From IMG/VR virus record IMGVR_UViG_3300044695_004869: DNA of 64,000 nt. One strand, 5' to 3'. The translations under genes and the position numbers were made by a program. Every line of letters begins with the position of its first letter. Position 1 is the stretch's first letter. Source of the DNA: a virus. Taxonomy: Duplodnaviria; Caudoviricetes. Below the pieces are notes generated by a model that had not been told where the DNA came from, made no database searches, and saw only the letters and a list, made by a program, of their open reading frames with translations. This document shows positions 8,969 to 19,417 of the stretch, one piece after another.

Positions 8969-9876
8969 TATGAAGTTATATTTGAGAAGTTTTTACTAAA
9001 ATCAATGTTATCACCTCTATCTTGTCTTACCTCATATAATAAATTATTAAATTGATCTCTAATCTCATAAAGGTTGTATTGTTTGTAGATATTGTTATCA
9101 CTATCGTAAATGGTGTATATACCATCATCCATAGATTTGGTTTGATTACCGTATAACGCAATCGCCAATGTTGATATATCGTGTTCAACAATTTCAATTT
9201 CAACCGTTGTTGGGTTGAAGAATGTATTTGAGATTATAATATTTTGATCAGGTTGTCCAATAAATGGTGTTGCATTTGGTTTATTGGTTGGTGATGATGA
9301 TGGTGATAACGTACAAAAAATCAAGTTTGTTGACGCTTCTACATATCTATATCTTATCGCTTTTTGACTAGTGTTTGTTAAATTTTCAACCACAGGTTCA
9401 CAATAAAATGATGAGGTTATTATCCTAAAGAAGTTAGGAATTTTTGTTCCATCAGAATTTAAATATTCAACTCTAAAACCAACTAAACCTTGATTAATAA
9501 ATTTGTTTCTAAAGTTAGATGGTACATTATTGATGTCTACAACGATACCTTTAACATTTGGTAATGCAGATAAAATACCACAGTCAAGAATTTTAGTTCT
9601 AATTTCCGCAGGTCTTATATATAGTGTGTAAATCCCTAATTGGTTAAATTGATCGGTTGGTAATTTAAGATTATATAAACCCCCAAGTATTTCAACATTC
9701 GCATTACCACCAGTAGTTCCATTGTGGAAATATGGTCGTAATACAGTACTAGCATTTAATTTTGTTAGTACGAAATTGTCCGTTTCGTCTCTTGATGGTG
9801 TATAATTTAAAATTATTTCTACGTCATCAGGACTCACATCAGCACTTCTTATTGTTCCGTAATTACCTGTAGCCAC
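8968..9876 (-). CDS. Conserved hypothetical virion structural protein
   Basis: 302-aa beta-rich ORF with a GTG start, TAATG coupling to the next gene and a TATTTATA motif upstream. Confidence 0.6.
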   Translation of the reverse strand: MATGNYGTIRSADVSPDDVEIILNYTPSRDETDNFVLTKLNASTVLRPYFHNGTTGGNANVEILGGLYNLKLPTDQFNQLGIYTLYIRPAEIRTKILDCGILSALPNVKGIVVDINNVPSNFRNKFINQGLVGFRVEYLNSDGTKIPNFFRIITSSFYCEPVVENLTNTSQKAIRYRYVEASTNLIFCTLSPSSSPTNKPNATPFIGQPDQNIIISNTFFNPTTVEIEIVEHDISTLAIALYGNQTKSMDDGIYTIYDSDNNIYKQYNLYEIRDQFNNLLYEVRQDRGDNIDFSKNFSNITS

Positions 9877-9926
9877 AATTATTAGTTTTTAAAATTTGTT
9901 TATCGTTTAAATATAAATACTCAAAA

Positions 9927-11099
9927 TCATTGTTTTTCAACATTAAAAAATCCATATCCATATTTTTCTAAGTCCCCAACATTATCCACTTCACCAAGTC
10001 GTTCAACGAATTCTAATGCTGAATTTTTACCTCTTTCAACATATACATCTGTTTGAATTTCGGGTTGATCAACCACATTAAGCAATGCCTCATTTTTAGT
10101 TATCGCCGATAATATTAAATCATTTTGCGTAAATCCAGATGAATCAATGACATATATTGTAGTACCATCATTATAATCATAATAAAGAATATCATTAATT
10201 GTATATGCAGTATATGTATTTGTTGGATCTGGTCCCCAATAAGTCCCAACAGATTCTGATGTACCCGTAACTTGTATACCTAATTTAAATTTACCACCAA
10301 ATAAATTATATGTTGGCCCATACACTCTTAAATCATTAACATTTGATTGTGTTAATCCTGTAATTACAAATGGTACCGTAGTATAATTAGAACTTATATA
10401 ATCATTTACATTTGTATTTGAATCCCCCGAAAAAATGTAATCATAACTAAATGATGTATTTGCCCAACTTCCACCAGCAGGAGTAAAAGTCGCCACACCA
10501 TTAGGATTTAAAATTGGTACATTAGTAAATGGTACCGTAACTGTTTTGGTTATAATAGATATCCCCCAAGGTGAAGTCGCCTTTAATGTAATTGTAAAAG
10601 TTTGATTAACAACAGGGTAAACATGGGTATATTGTGTTGGACTTGTTACAGTTTGTATAGGTGACCCATCACCCCAATCAACAGTATACGTTGAGACGGA
10701 CAAAAACTTTTTAAACTCCGTATCCGAAGTATTAAAGAAAAAAAACGTGTATGGATTACTTGTTGTTGCCGAAAATATAAAATTAGTAATAACTTCTTTT
10801 TGTAATATTGCTCCATCAAAAACAGAATAATAACCAATATCAGTTGCAACCTCAGTTAAAAGGATTGGAATGGTTAATCCCGTTAACAGTGATTGACCAT
10901 TTGTCCCCCCTGATAAAATCTGAGACATACCTGAGTACACACCCGTAAATCCAGTCAATGTCGTGGGGGTTACCGAAGTAATAGAACAACAAGGATCAGC
11001 ACTATACGCATATCCGGTATTCTCAATATACGTAACTTCCACAATGTCTCTCTTAACATTTTCGGGAGATATTTTAAAATAATATTTTTGTTCTTCCAT
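9927..11099 (-). CDS. PKD-domain structural protein
   Basis: YTVDWGDGS...YTHVY......TITLKATSPWG is a PKD/Ig-like signature. Confidence 0.65.
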   Translation of the reverse strand: MEEQKYYFKISPENVKRDIVEVTYIENTGYAYSADPCCSITSVTPTTLTGFTGVYSGMSQILSGGTNGQSLLTGLTIPILLTEVATDIGYYSVFDGAILQKEVITNFIFSATTSNPYTFFFFNTSDTEFKKFLSVSTYTVDWGDGSPIQTVTSPTQYTHVYPVVNQTFTITLKATSPWGISIITKTVTVPFTNVPILNPNGVATFTPAGGSWANTSFSYDYIFSGDSNTNVNDYISSNYTTVPFVITGLTQSNVNDLRVYGPTYNLFGGKFKLGIQVTGTSESVGTYWGPDPTNTYTAYTINDILYYDYNDGTTIYVIDSSGFTQNDLILSAITKNEALLNVVDQPEIQTDVYVERGKNSALEFVERLGEVDNVGDLEKYGYGFFNVEKQ

Positions 11100-11100
11100 C

Positions 11101-11922
11101 TTACGGGTTTACATATTCATACCACAAAATTGGGAATCCATCAATACCAACTCTTTGTGTTAAATTAGAAGTCGCATAAACTTCATAAGTTTTATTTATA
11201 TAATCTAAATTCACTTTGTAGTAAAAGTATTCATTAGGATTAAATGTGAATTTATTCGCAATGTTTGATTGTGGCGTGTTTGTCATTTTAACATAAACAC
11301 CCAATCTTGCATCAAAAAATTTAGCACTCATATAGAATTCACTTATATCAATATATTCTTGTTTTCTTAACCAATATATATGAAATCCCTCTTTATCACC
11401 AACATAATCCAAACTAAATTTTGGTATTCTTATATCAACATTAGAAAGTAAGGTTGTTAATGATACAGATTGGGTAAATCCTTGTTGTACAGGTAAAATA
11501 ATCGTTAAATATAATACTTGAGTTTTTTCATCATCAGTATCATATAAATCCAATTTAAAAAATGATTTAGTAAATGGTTTTGAGTAATAATAAACCTCAT
11601 CAACTGTAAAACCTTCATCTAAATAACTATTATTCCAATTTGTACTAGTAACCAATGGTGAGGTTATAGGTGATACATTATCATAAAAATAAAATTCATA
11701 ATTTATATTTGTTTTTTCAAAATTTAAATTATCAACATACTCATTATGAGAAAACTGAAGTACCTCAAAATCATTTACGGAACCAATTACCTCTTTGATC
11801 ATTGTTTCCTGATAAACTTCAATACTATCATCCCTTCCAAGAAAATCCCAATTCATTTCCAAAGGAATATTAAGATACTGATCGTTCTCAGGTAAAACTA
11901 TTTTATATTTATTCACAATCAT
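11101..11922 (-). CDS. Hypothetical structural protein
   Basis: 273-aa ORF tightly packed in the tail/baseplate operon. Confidence 0.55.
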   Translation of the reverse strand: MIVNKYKIVLPENDQYLNIPLEMNWDFLGRDDSIEVYQETMIKEVIGSVNDFEVLQFSHNEYVDNLNFEKTNINYEFYFYDNVSPITSPLVTSTNWNNSYLDEGFTVDEVYYYSKPFTKSFFKLDLYDTDDEKTQVLYLTIILPVQQGFTQSVSLTTLLSNVDIRIPKFSLDYVGDKEGFHIYWLRKQEYIDISEFYMSAKFFDARLGVYVKMTNTPQSNIANKFTFNPNEYFYYKVNLDYINKTYEVYATSNLTQRVGIDGFPILWYEYVNP

Positions 11923-13678
11923 CTACTATTGGTTCTGCTATTACGGTTATGTCATCAATACCCACATTATCACCTTCAGGTGTTATTCTAAAAATGGTGT
12001 TTACAAATGGGTAATGTTTACCATTTATAAATGGATAGTCAACTCCAACCCCATCGTTATCAACAAACCCATATGGATATATATCTCTCCATCTAAAACT
12101 ATTTGATAAGTTTGAATAAAAAGCGTAATCAGGAATGTTAACAACTTTTAATGGGTCTCCTTCCTCAACATATGTTGAATATCTTCTTATTACTATTGGG
12201 TCATGGGGTTTATAATAATAACCAAATTGATTAGATTGTGGGGCATCTGTATTTAACCCAAAATAATTTTGATTAAATGTAATTTTTTGATTGTACCTCG
12301 AAATCACCCTTTCAGTTTGTTCATAATCATTCCACTCACAATAATCACCATCAATTAAGTCACCAGATTTAAGATTTTCATTAAAAATAAATGGTCCAAC
12401 CGGTGGAACTGTTAAACTATTGTATGTATTAGTTGAGATATTTGTATTAGATAAAGGGTTTGAAACGTCCCACCAAGGATTGGGTATCGTATTACTAAGT
12501 GGTGTATTAAAATCCCAACCTTGTTTTAATCTTTTTGTCCACCCAAAATATCCTTTCCATACCGTTGTAAAGTATAATTCGGATATAGGTCTGTTTTGAT
12601 TATCCCTAAGTGGTTGTACATCAATATCCACATTAAAAGAAAGAGAATATGCTTGACCCCCTTCTTTAACAGATGATCTTGACACATTATTTGGTGTCAA
12701 CACCGCGGTTTCAAATTTAGTTTTTGGAATATAAATATTTTGTTCAAAACCAGCCTTTACTAAAACCGCATCTTCAGCGTTTGTTAAAATTTTATGAACT
12801 CTTACATAATATTCCGATTTAGTTTCATTAAGGTTACTTCTATTAATAACCCTTTTAAACGTACCAATGTTACCATTATTAAACGTTGTACCAATATATC
12901 CAATATTATATATGTTAAAAATATATTCATTACTACCAAAAGCCGGATCCCCCAAACTAATTACCTGAAATATACTTGTGTTATTATAAGTTAAAGATAG
13001 TTCAACAAACTCATTAACATTTAAACCATGTTTCATTGGACATCTAAATGAAATGACGGGTCCGAAATCATCATTACCTTGACTAATTATAAATGGTATA
13101 CCATCTGAAGCAACCCAAGCCCAACTTGCGGTTGTTATATTATCAATAGCATACATTTGTCTATTGGGTTCATTAGTAAAACCATAACTGATATAATGTG
13201 TCCAATTATATGTACTGGCACTTTTATTAACAAAATTTATATGGTTATTTGGTGGTACGGTATAACCAACAATATTATTGTCGGTTCTTATAAAATCAAA
13301 TTCAAAATATTGAGGATATCCCTCCCAAAGCACACTTAAGTTAGGTTGTATTGGGGGTAAGTTACCATTAGGAAACGTAGAAATTGTGTTAGCAATTGCA
13401 TTAGTGTAATATAGGTTGTTTTTAAAAGGAGCATAATTTGTTGTTCCCGTATATGTATTTTTAAAAATGACCGAATATTTTGTCACAGGTCTAAAAATAG
13501 TCCCCCTTTGTCTTTCATCACTAAAAACTTGTTGTAACCCCAAATCAACATTTCTATCAAATTCAATTAATTCTTTTTCATTTTGATTTAAATCAACATT
13601 TACGGACAATACCGTATTTGGGGACGCTTTGTATCTCAAAGACCCTAAAACAATTTTTGTTGTGTCATTTACTCCCAT
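11909..13678 (-). CDS. Hypothetical structural protein
   Basis: 589-aa Asn/Tyr-rich ORF overlapping both neighbours in the operon. Confidence 0.55.
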   Translation of the reverse strand: MGVNDTTKIVLGSLRYKASPNTVLSVNVDLNQNEKELIEFDRNVDLGLQQVFSDERQRGTIFRPVTKYSVIFKNTYTGTTNYAPFKNNLYYTNAIANTISTFPNGNLPPIQPNLSVLWEGYPQYFEFDFIRTDNNIVGYTVPPNNHINFVNKSASTYNWTHYISYGFTNEPNRQMYAIDNITTASWAWVASDGIPFIISQGNDDFGPVISFRCPMKHGLNVNEFVELSLTYNNTSIFQVISLGDPAFGSNEYIFNIYNIGYIGTTFNNGNIGTFKRVINRSNLNETKSEYYVRVHKILTNAEDAVLVKAGFEQNIYIPKTKFETAVLTPNNVSRSSVKEGGQAYSLSFNVDIDVQPLRDNQNRPISELYFTTVWKGYFGWTKRLKQGWDFNTPLSNTIPNPWWDVSNPLSNTNISTNTYNSLTVPPVGPFIFNENLKSGDLIDGDYCEWNDYEQTERVISRYNQKITFNQNYFGLNTDAPQSNQFGYYYKPHDPIVIRRYSTYVEEGDPLKVVNIPDYAFYSNLSNSFRWRDIYPYGFVDNDGVGVDYPFINGKHYPFVNTIFRITPEGDNVGIDDITVIAEPIVDDCE

Positions 13679-16600
13679 TATATGTCTGCAGTATCAATAT
13701 ATTTTTTTATGAATCTATTCATCGCCGTTTTTCCATTATTTAACCCAAAATAAAAATGACTTGGAGCTCCAACCAAATAAACATTACCATTTACTGTGAA
13801 TGAAGGCTCAGGTAATCCTGTATTTTGATTAAAATTTGTTATAAAACCTTGAGGTAATAACGGTAATGGATTACCAGGTTGTAATGCCGGTGTTGTAAAA
13901 TAAGGATCAACACTATAATCTAAATCTTGATACCCTTTTTTGAAGAATCCAACACCACCACTTTGGTTAGGGTTTGTATACCAATTATTAGATTCCGCAC
14001 CAAAAATAACATTAGATGGTTGTAATATCCATTTATAATGTGGTACCACTTGAGTTTTAGGGTGTCCATAAGCATCTTGTAATAAAGGCGATATGTTATA
14101 AATTTCAATTCCTGGCGTTAATTTTCTTCTATATGAATATTCAACATTTGATGATCTATAAAACACTCCGAATACTGGTCTACTTGTTGGTGGTGTTTGA
14201 CCATCATCACCAATAAAAATATCCACATTACCATAATTTTCATCAATAAATGGACTTATTTTAAATTCAGAGTTAATTGATAATGCCTGAGCAAAATCAC
14301 CATCAATTCTATCTCCACCTCTACTACTATTAAAAAATTGAGTTATACCTTTACCTTCCGAATTATTACCTCCGGTTGTAATAGGTATCATTCTTTGTCT
14401 AAAGCTTTCATTCAATATTCTTGATAAAAATCCAATTTGTATAATATCAGAATTATCATTATAACTAGTTGATCTATATTGATCACTCATATATCCCTTA
14501 AAATTAGGATTATTACAAATTTCACTTATATATGAATCTCTTGGTCCCATGTCTAATATTGTAGTTGGGAACATTATATTTTTATCGTTATATCCAGGTT
14601 TAAAATTAAGTGTTATCCAATTTGGTGATTGTGGTATTTCTTTACCAATAAATTCTTGTGAATTATCACTCCATGGTGAACTTCTATAATAAAAATTATT
14701 ACTTATATTATTGTATACAACAATATCTTTACAATATACATAATTAGGTGTTGATATATTGGTGAGATTATTTGCAGGATATATTGATCTCTTATTAAAT
14801 GATGGCATATATAACGTACCATTTATCCAATTGTTTTGGAAAGTTTGTGCGAATACTCCTCTACAAGTTGCAAATACTAAAGTAAACCTTGTTTTCCACT
14901 CCATAAACAATCTAGCATCATCACCAAACGCCTTTCTTATTAAATAATAATGTTTATCGTTATCACTATTATCTTTATTTAGTAAACAATAACAACCTTT
15001 AGTAACTCTATTTTCAGCAATAGAACATTGGTTAGCCGGTATAACTCCCACATTATTTCCACTACCTGAATAACATTCTAAGGAAATTAAACCTTCACAA
15101 GTTAATGTTTGTGTTAAACCTGTATTACCACTAAACTGATCTAAATTTTCCGCAATTTCATAAATACTTGCAAAACTATTTGTTTCTTGATTTATTACCC
15201 CATCTGTTTTATAATAACAAAATTTATTATTTTGATGTAAGGCATACGCAGTTCTATTACCAGGTGCAGTGTCAACACAAGTAGACGTTGGTAACCTATC
15301 ACTTCTCATAACAATTCTACCACTATTACTAAAGTTAACACCTAATAATGAAGTATACTTGAAATACGCCGGAGAATATAAACCATAAAACTGATTAGAC
15401 CCTATTGGGTATCCATACGTATCTTCATTTGGAACTGTTGTGTAAAAAACACCAGCTGTTGTAAATGAAGTATTAAATGAAGCCGCAATAAATGGTCCAC
15501 CACCAATATAATCTGGTTGTAATCTTGGTAACGTAAAGTTTGTATTACCAAGTAAAGTCCATGGGTTTGAGGAAAGTAGTGATTTTTGTTGGAATGGTAT
15601 TCCCGCCACGGGTGTATATGGGTTTGTGTTGGCATTATACGGGGTTGTCGTCGTATCGTCTGTTGATAAATAATAATATGGTAATGTTGATGTAAATCCA
15701 GTGTAATTTGATGGAGTTATATTAAATGTAAATGATGGGAAATATAAATTGTTTACTGTGTTATTTGATGTATTATGACTTAATGGTGCGGATCCAACAG
15801 GTTTAATTGGTTGGTTAAGATAATAATCACCAATAACCGTTAATCCCGGAACGTTCCATGTTGTATTACCAAAAATACGAGAAAGATCGTAACTTATATT
15901 TTGTTTTTCTGTATGTGGATCCACACCTCTAACAAACATTATTACCTCATAATTTAAATTATTGGCCAATGAATCGAGTGAATCGAAATTATTCACTTGG
16001 AGTTGTGGTATATTATTTACGTTATTATATGTGTTACCGTTAATAAATGTAGGTGGTGTAATTGGAAATGATATTGAATAAGATGCCGGAGTATTGGGTG
16101 ATACAGATGACGGACGAGATATTATATAACTTATTTTGTGTCTTAAAAATCTTTCAGGAAATAACGTATTATTTGTAAAATTTGCCATTGTTATAAATTG
16201 TGACACAGTAACTCCCGTTATAACTTGGAAATATTCCATGTCTGTTGGGTATTTTAAATAATCCGATTTAGTTGTTGCCGTGACTGTATCACCAGTTTGT
16301 ATAATATTAATGAAGACATTGGATGCCGCACCATTAGTTGCTGCATACTGTAAAGGAACTGATATTGGTACGACGTTAGCAGTTGTATTTGGCGCCGCAG
16401 ATAAAACGGTTGTTCCTGTCACCGAATTATTACCAAAATCATTTAATGTTGCCCCCGTTAAATTTATATTTCTTTTTATAACTAACCCATTATCAAAATT
16501 AGGGTCTTGAAAAGTAACAATTTCCCCTATACCTAACTGTTGTGCTGTACCAGGATTAGCCAGAACAACAATAATTTGATCCGTAAATGTTGATTGGGTT

Positions 16601-19344
16601 CCTAAATTATATGGAGCCACACTTAATTGTGGATTTACGGTTGTCCTAATGACATTAGGTGAATTATTCCCAAAATATTTATCTCTTGTATTAAATTCAT
16701 TTAATTTTTGTGGATAAGTTTCAGTTCTAGGAAATCCAAACCACCTATAGTGAACACCAAGATCTTTTTCCGCAGCAAATAAAAATGGTTGAGGAGCATG
16801 ATACTTATTAAAAGCATTTGGATCAGTAGTAGATGAAAGTATGTCATATCCCGAAAATAATCTTCTAAAATCTAAAACCGCATCAACAACAACATCACCA
16901 CCTACCTGATCATCTACCACTCTATTTAGTAATGATTTATACTGTATACTTGGACCAAAAGATCCTGCCGCATAAAAATACCCTTTATCATTATCATCAC
17001 TATCTTCACCAGGGAAATTTTCTAAGTTAGGGTGATTAACATTATAAGCCGAAGATAAATTGACAGGTGCAATAAATGATGTTGATTGAGCGTACTGTAT
17101 ATTACTATCATCTAAACCGTTTTGTTGTTCTTCAATACTTGCGTTAACCGTATTTTCATCAATATCGTCATCTATTTCGGCGTTACCACAATCACAATCA
17201 CAACTTGTACATTCAGGATAAGATAACATAGGTAAACCTAATCTTGGAAAATTATTTATCTTAACTAAATAAATCGCGGTAAACGCAATGAAGGCCAATG
17301 ATAAAGCTAATTTAAATAATGCGGCTAAAAGTTGTGCGGCAACTCTTAATATTAACCCCGCATTAATAACAGGACCTCCCGGAATCGAAACTGCCGTGAA
17401 TTCTAAAAGTGAATTAATAACATCAATTCCTTGTTGTACCGCCTGATAACCAAGATAAATACCTAAAACTATTAATAGATATTTTAAAACCGGCCAAATC
17501 AAAGCAATAAAATGGGCAATCCATAATATTATTAATATTGGTATTGCCAAAATATTCATTAACAAATTAAATAAGAAAAATATAAAATCAAAGTTTCTAA
17601 TTATATCATTAACAGGAAATGTATTAACTGTAGATTTACAAGCTCTATCATCAATCTCTTTAATACCTAAGTGTTTTGCCCTACCAGCACCCTTTTTATA
17701 TCGATCCAAGAACATTGATGTTGTATAAATTTTATTATAATTAAATTCATAAAATTTATCTTCACAATTAATTGCTTCTTGTATCATTTGTTGTCCAACA
17801 ACAGTTGTGTTGTCACCATAATCATTCCAATCTAAACTAAAAGCGTATGACCTTAACGCATCAAATGTTGGTTGTTGATAAAAAGTATAGTTAAATTGAG
17901 TTAATGTTCCGGGGTTAGTAGGAACAACATTTATTGTAAAAGTTGTGGGAATTACGGTAATTGGAATACTTTCTAAATCACCAAAATAAGGGTTACCATT
18001 TAATAAAACCGTGAAACTTTGAACGTTAATTTTATTATCTAAAACTAACCCCCCTGTTGAGGTATTATTTAATGAAAAAGTTGATGTTAAAGTACCATTT
18101 GGTAATGTAAATTGATATTGTGTAGTAGGATAGTTTATTAATGGATCTATAGCTGAGGTTACCCATCCGTGTTCTTTTATATTTGGAACCAAAAAATGAC
18201 CTCTTAAAAATGAATTTTGTAAACCTTGTTCATTTTGCCATTTAAATTTAAATCTGTATTTACCTTTAGTTGGTATTCCTTTCTTTGGGTCGTTGGATAA
18301 AACCTGTTCACCAAATTCATTTGTAATAATATAATTTAAGTTCATTGGCACATTTATTAAAAATGCACCATCAGTATCAATGACTTTACCGTCCTCATCC
18401 AATTCATGTGTTTCAAGAATTGGTCTTCCATCTTGATCAATATCAATAGTTTGTCTAATTGTTAGTATTTGACCAGGACCCGCAATTAACTCACATAAAT
18501 TACCTGTATCATTTTTTGGTTTACAAGTTGTTGCTCTAACTGCATCATCATCAGTTGTTGAGATTAACGACCCCATAAAAACAGCGTTTGGTTTTATAGA
18601 AATATTTGCACTTGCAGTTAAATCAAAATCGGCTCTTGTAATACCTAATAAACATATCTCAGGTTCACCCCATAACGGAGCAACCTCAATAATTTTATTT
18701 AAAGTAACGATTTGAGGTAATTCACTAAGATTAGTTGATGTTTTAAATTTAGAACCATTAACTTGTGATTCAACCGCAACACCCGAATCAATTAAATCTT
18801 GTGGTGAAAGTGAAAAACAACCAATATCCGATAAATCAACATCCATTAATATTGTTTGAGTTCCGGTTGGAACACCAAATATCATATAGTCACCACTATC
18901 ATTTGTTCTTACGGAAAATCTATAATACTTGTCATAAACCTCAACATATGATTGATCAGTTAATATTTCTTCTTTAGACGGGAAAGTCCCTGTTGCTGCA
19001 TGACCTGTATATGATGGATCTTTAGGGAGTAAATTATATCTATACCCATCGGCACTAACATCAGATAATGTTTGATACGGATAAAGTTCAGAAATTATTG
19101 GATTATCTATGTCAATATCATCAATTGGAATAAAGACAGATACTCTAGCATTTGGTACACCGTATCCGTTATTAACCAATACTCTACCAATAATAACACC
19201 ATAATCAGAACACATTCTATTATAGATGTCCCCTTGATTAATCTTAAGTGATAATATCTCTAAGAATTCAAAATCCTGTTCTAATTGAATATTTATTGTC
19301 TTCTCAGTACCAGGTGTTGTACGTATTCTATATGATTTTGGCAT
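13678..19344 (-). CDS. Large tail-associated protein with an N-terminal carboxypeptidase-regulatory-like (CnaB-like) domain and an internal hydrophobic multi-helix segment
   Basis: GVIIGRVLVNNGYGVPNARVSVF...TNDSGDYMIFGVPTGTQTI at the N-terminus. A roughly 110-aa hydrophobic stretch (about 17255-17590) is followed by CTSCDCDC. Confidence 0.55.
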   Translation of the reverse strand: MPKSYRIRTTPGTEKTINIQLEQDFEFLEILSLKINQGDIYNRMCSDYGVIIGRVLVNNGYGVPNARVSVFIPIDDIDIDNPIISELYPYQTLSDVSADGYRYNLLPKDPSYTGHAATGTFPSKEEILTDQSYVEVYDKYYRFSVRTNDSGDYMIFGVPTGTQTILMDVDLSDIGCFSLSPQDLIDSGVAVESQVNGSKFKTSTNLSELPQIVTLNKIIEVAPLWGEPEICLLGITRADFDLTASANISIKPNAVFMGSLISTTDDDAVRATTCKPKNDTGNLCELIAGPGQILTIRQTIDIDQDGRPILETHELDEDGKVIDTDGAFLINVPMNLNYIITNEFGEQVLSNDPKKGIPTKGKYRFKFKWQNEQGLQNSFLRGHFLVPNIKEHGWVTSAIDPLINYPTTQYQFTLPNGTLTSTFSLNNTSTGGLVLDNKINVQSFTVLLNGNPYFGDLESIPITVIPTTFTINVVPTNPGTLTQFNYTFYQQPTFDALRSYAFSLDWNDYGDNTTVVGQQMIQEAINCEDKFYEFNYNKIYTTSMFLDRYKKGAGRAKHLGIKEIDDRACKSTVNTFPVNDIIRNFDFIFFLFNLLMNILAIPILIILWIAHFIALIWPVLKYLLIVLGIYLGYQAVQQGIDVINSLLEFTAVSIPGGPVINAGLILRVAAQLLAALFKLALSLAFIAFTAIYLVKINNFPRLGLPMLSYPECTSCDCDCGNAEIDDDIDENTVNASIEEQQNGLDDSNIQYAQSTSFIAPVNLSSAYNVNHPNLENFPGEDSDDNDKGYFYAAGSFGPSIQYKSLLNRVVDDQVGGDVVVDAVLDFRRLFSGYDILSSTTDPNAFNKYHAPQPFLFAAEKDLGVHYRWFGFPRTETYPQKLNEFNTRDKYFGNNSPNVIRTTVNPQLSVAPYNLGTQSTFTDQIIVVLANPGTAQQLGIGEIVTFQDPNFDNGLVIKRNINLTGATLNDFGNNSVTGTTVLSAAPNTTANVVPISVPLQYAATNGAASNVFINIIQTGDTVTATTKSDYLKYPTDMEYFQVITGVTVSQFITMANFTNNTLFPERFLRHKISYIISRPSSVSPNTPASYSISFPITPPTFINGNTYNNVNNIPQLQVNNFDSLDSLANNLNYEVIMFVRGVDPHTEKQNISYDLSRIFGNTTWNVPGLTVIGDYYLNQPIKPVGSAPLSHNTSNNTVNNLYFPSFTFNITPSNYTGFTSTLPYYYLSTDDTTTTPYNANTNPYTPVAGIPFQQKSLLSSNPWTLLGNTNFTLPRLQPDYIGGGPFIAASFNTSFTTAGVFYTTVPNEDTYGYPIGSNQFYGLYSPAYFKYTSLLGVNFSNSGRIVMRSDRLPTSTCVDTAPGNRTAYALHQNNKFCYYKTDGVINQETNSFASIYEIAENLDQFSGNTGLTQTLTCEGLISLECYSGSGNNVGVIPANQCSIAENRVTKGCYCLLNKDNSDNDKHYYLIRKAFGDDARLFMEWKTRFTLVFATCRGVFAQTFQNNWINGTLYMPSFNKRSIYPANNLTNISTPNYVYCKDIVVYNNISNNFYYRSSPWSDNSQEFIGKEIPQSPNWITLNFKPGYNDKNIMFPTTILDMGPRDSYISEICNNPNFKGYMSDQYRSTSYNDNSDIIQIGFLSRILNESFRQRMIPITTGGNNSEGKGITQFFNSSRGGDRIDGDFAQALSINSEFKISPFIDENYGNVDIFIGDDGQTPPTSRPVFGVFYRSSNVEYSYRRKLTPGIEIYNISPLLQDAYGHPKTQVVPHYKWILQPSNVIFGAESNNWYTNPNQSGGVGFFKKGYQDLDYSVDPYFTTPALQPGNPLPLLPQGFITNFNQNTGLPEPSFTVNGNVYLVGAPSHFYFGLNNGKTAMNRFIKKYIDTADI

Positions 19345-19360
19345 TATTTATTCTTTCTTG

Positions 19361-19367
19361 ATAAATA
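19361..19367 (-). promoter_or_regulatory. TATTTAT late-promoter-like motif
   Basis: 16 nt upstream of the ATG at 19344. Confidence 0.45.
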
Positions 19368-19417
19368 GTTTATTTCCTATTTTCAAAAAATAATTCTTTT
19401 ATTTGAAAAATAAATTA

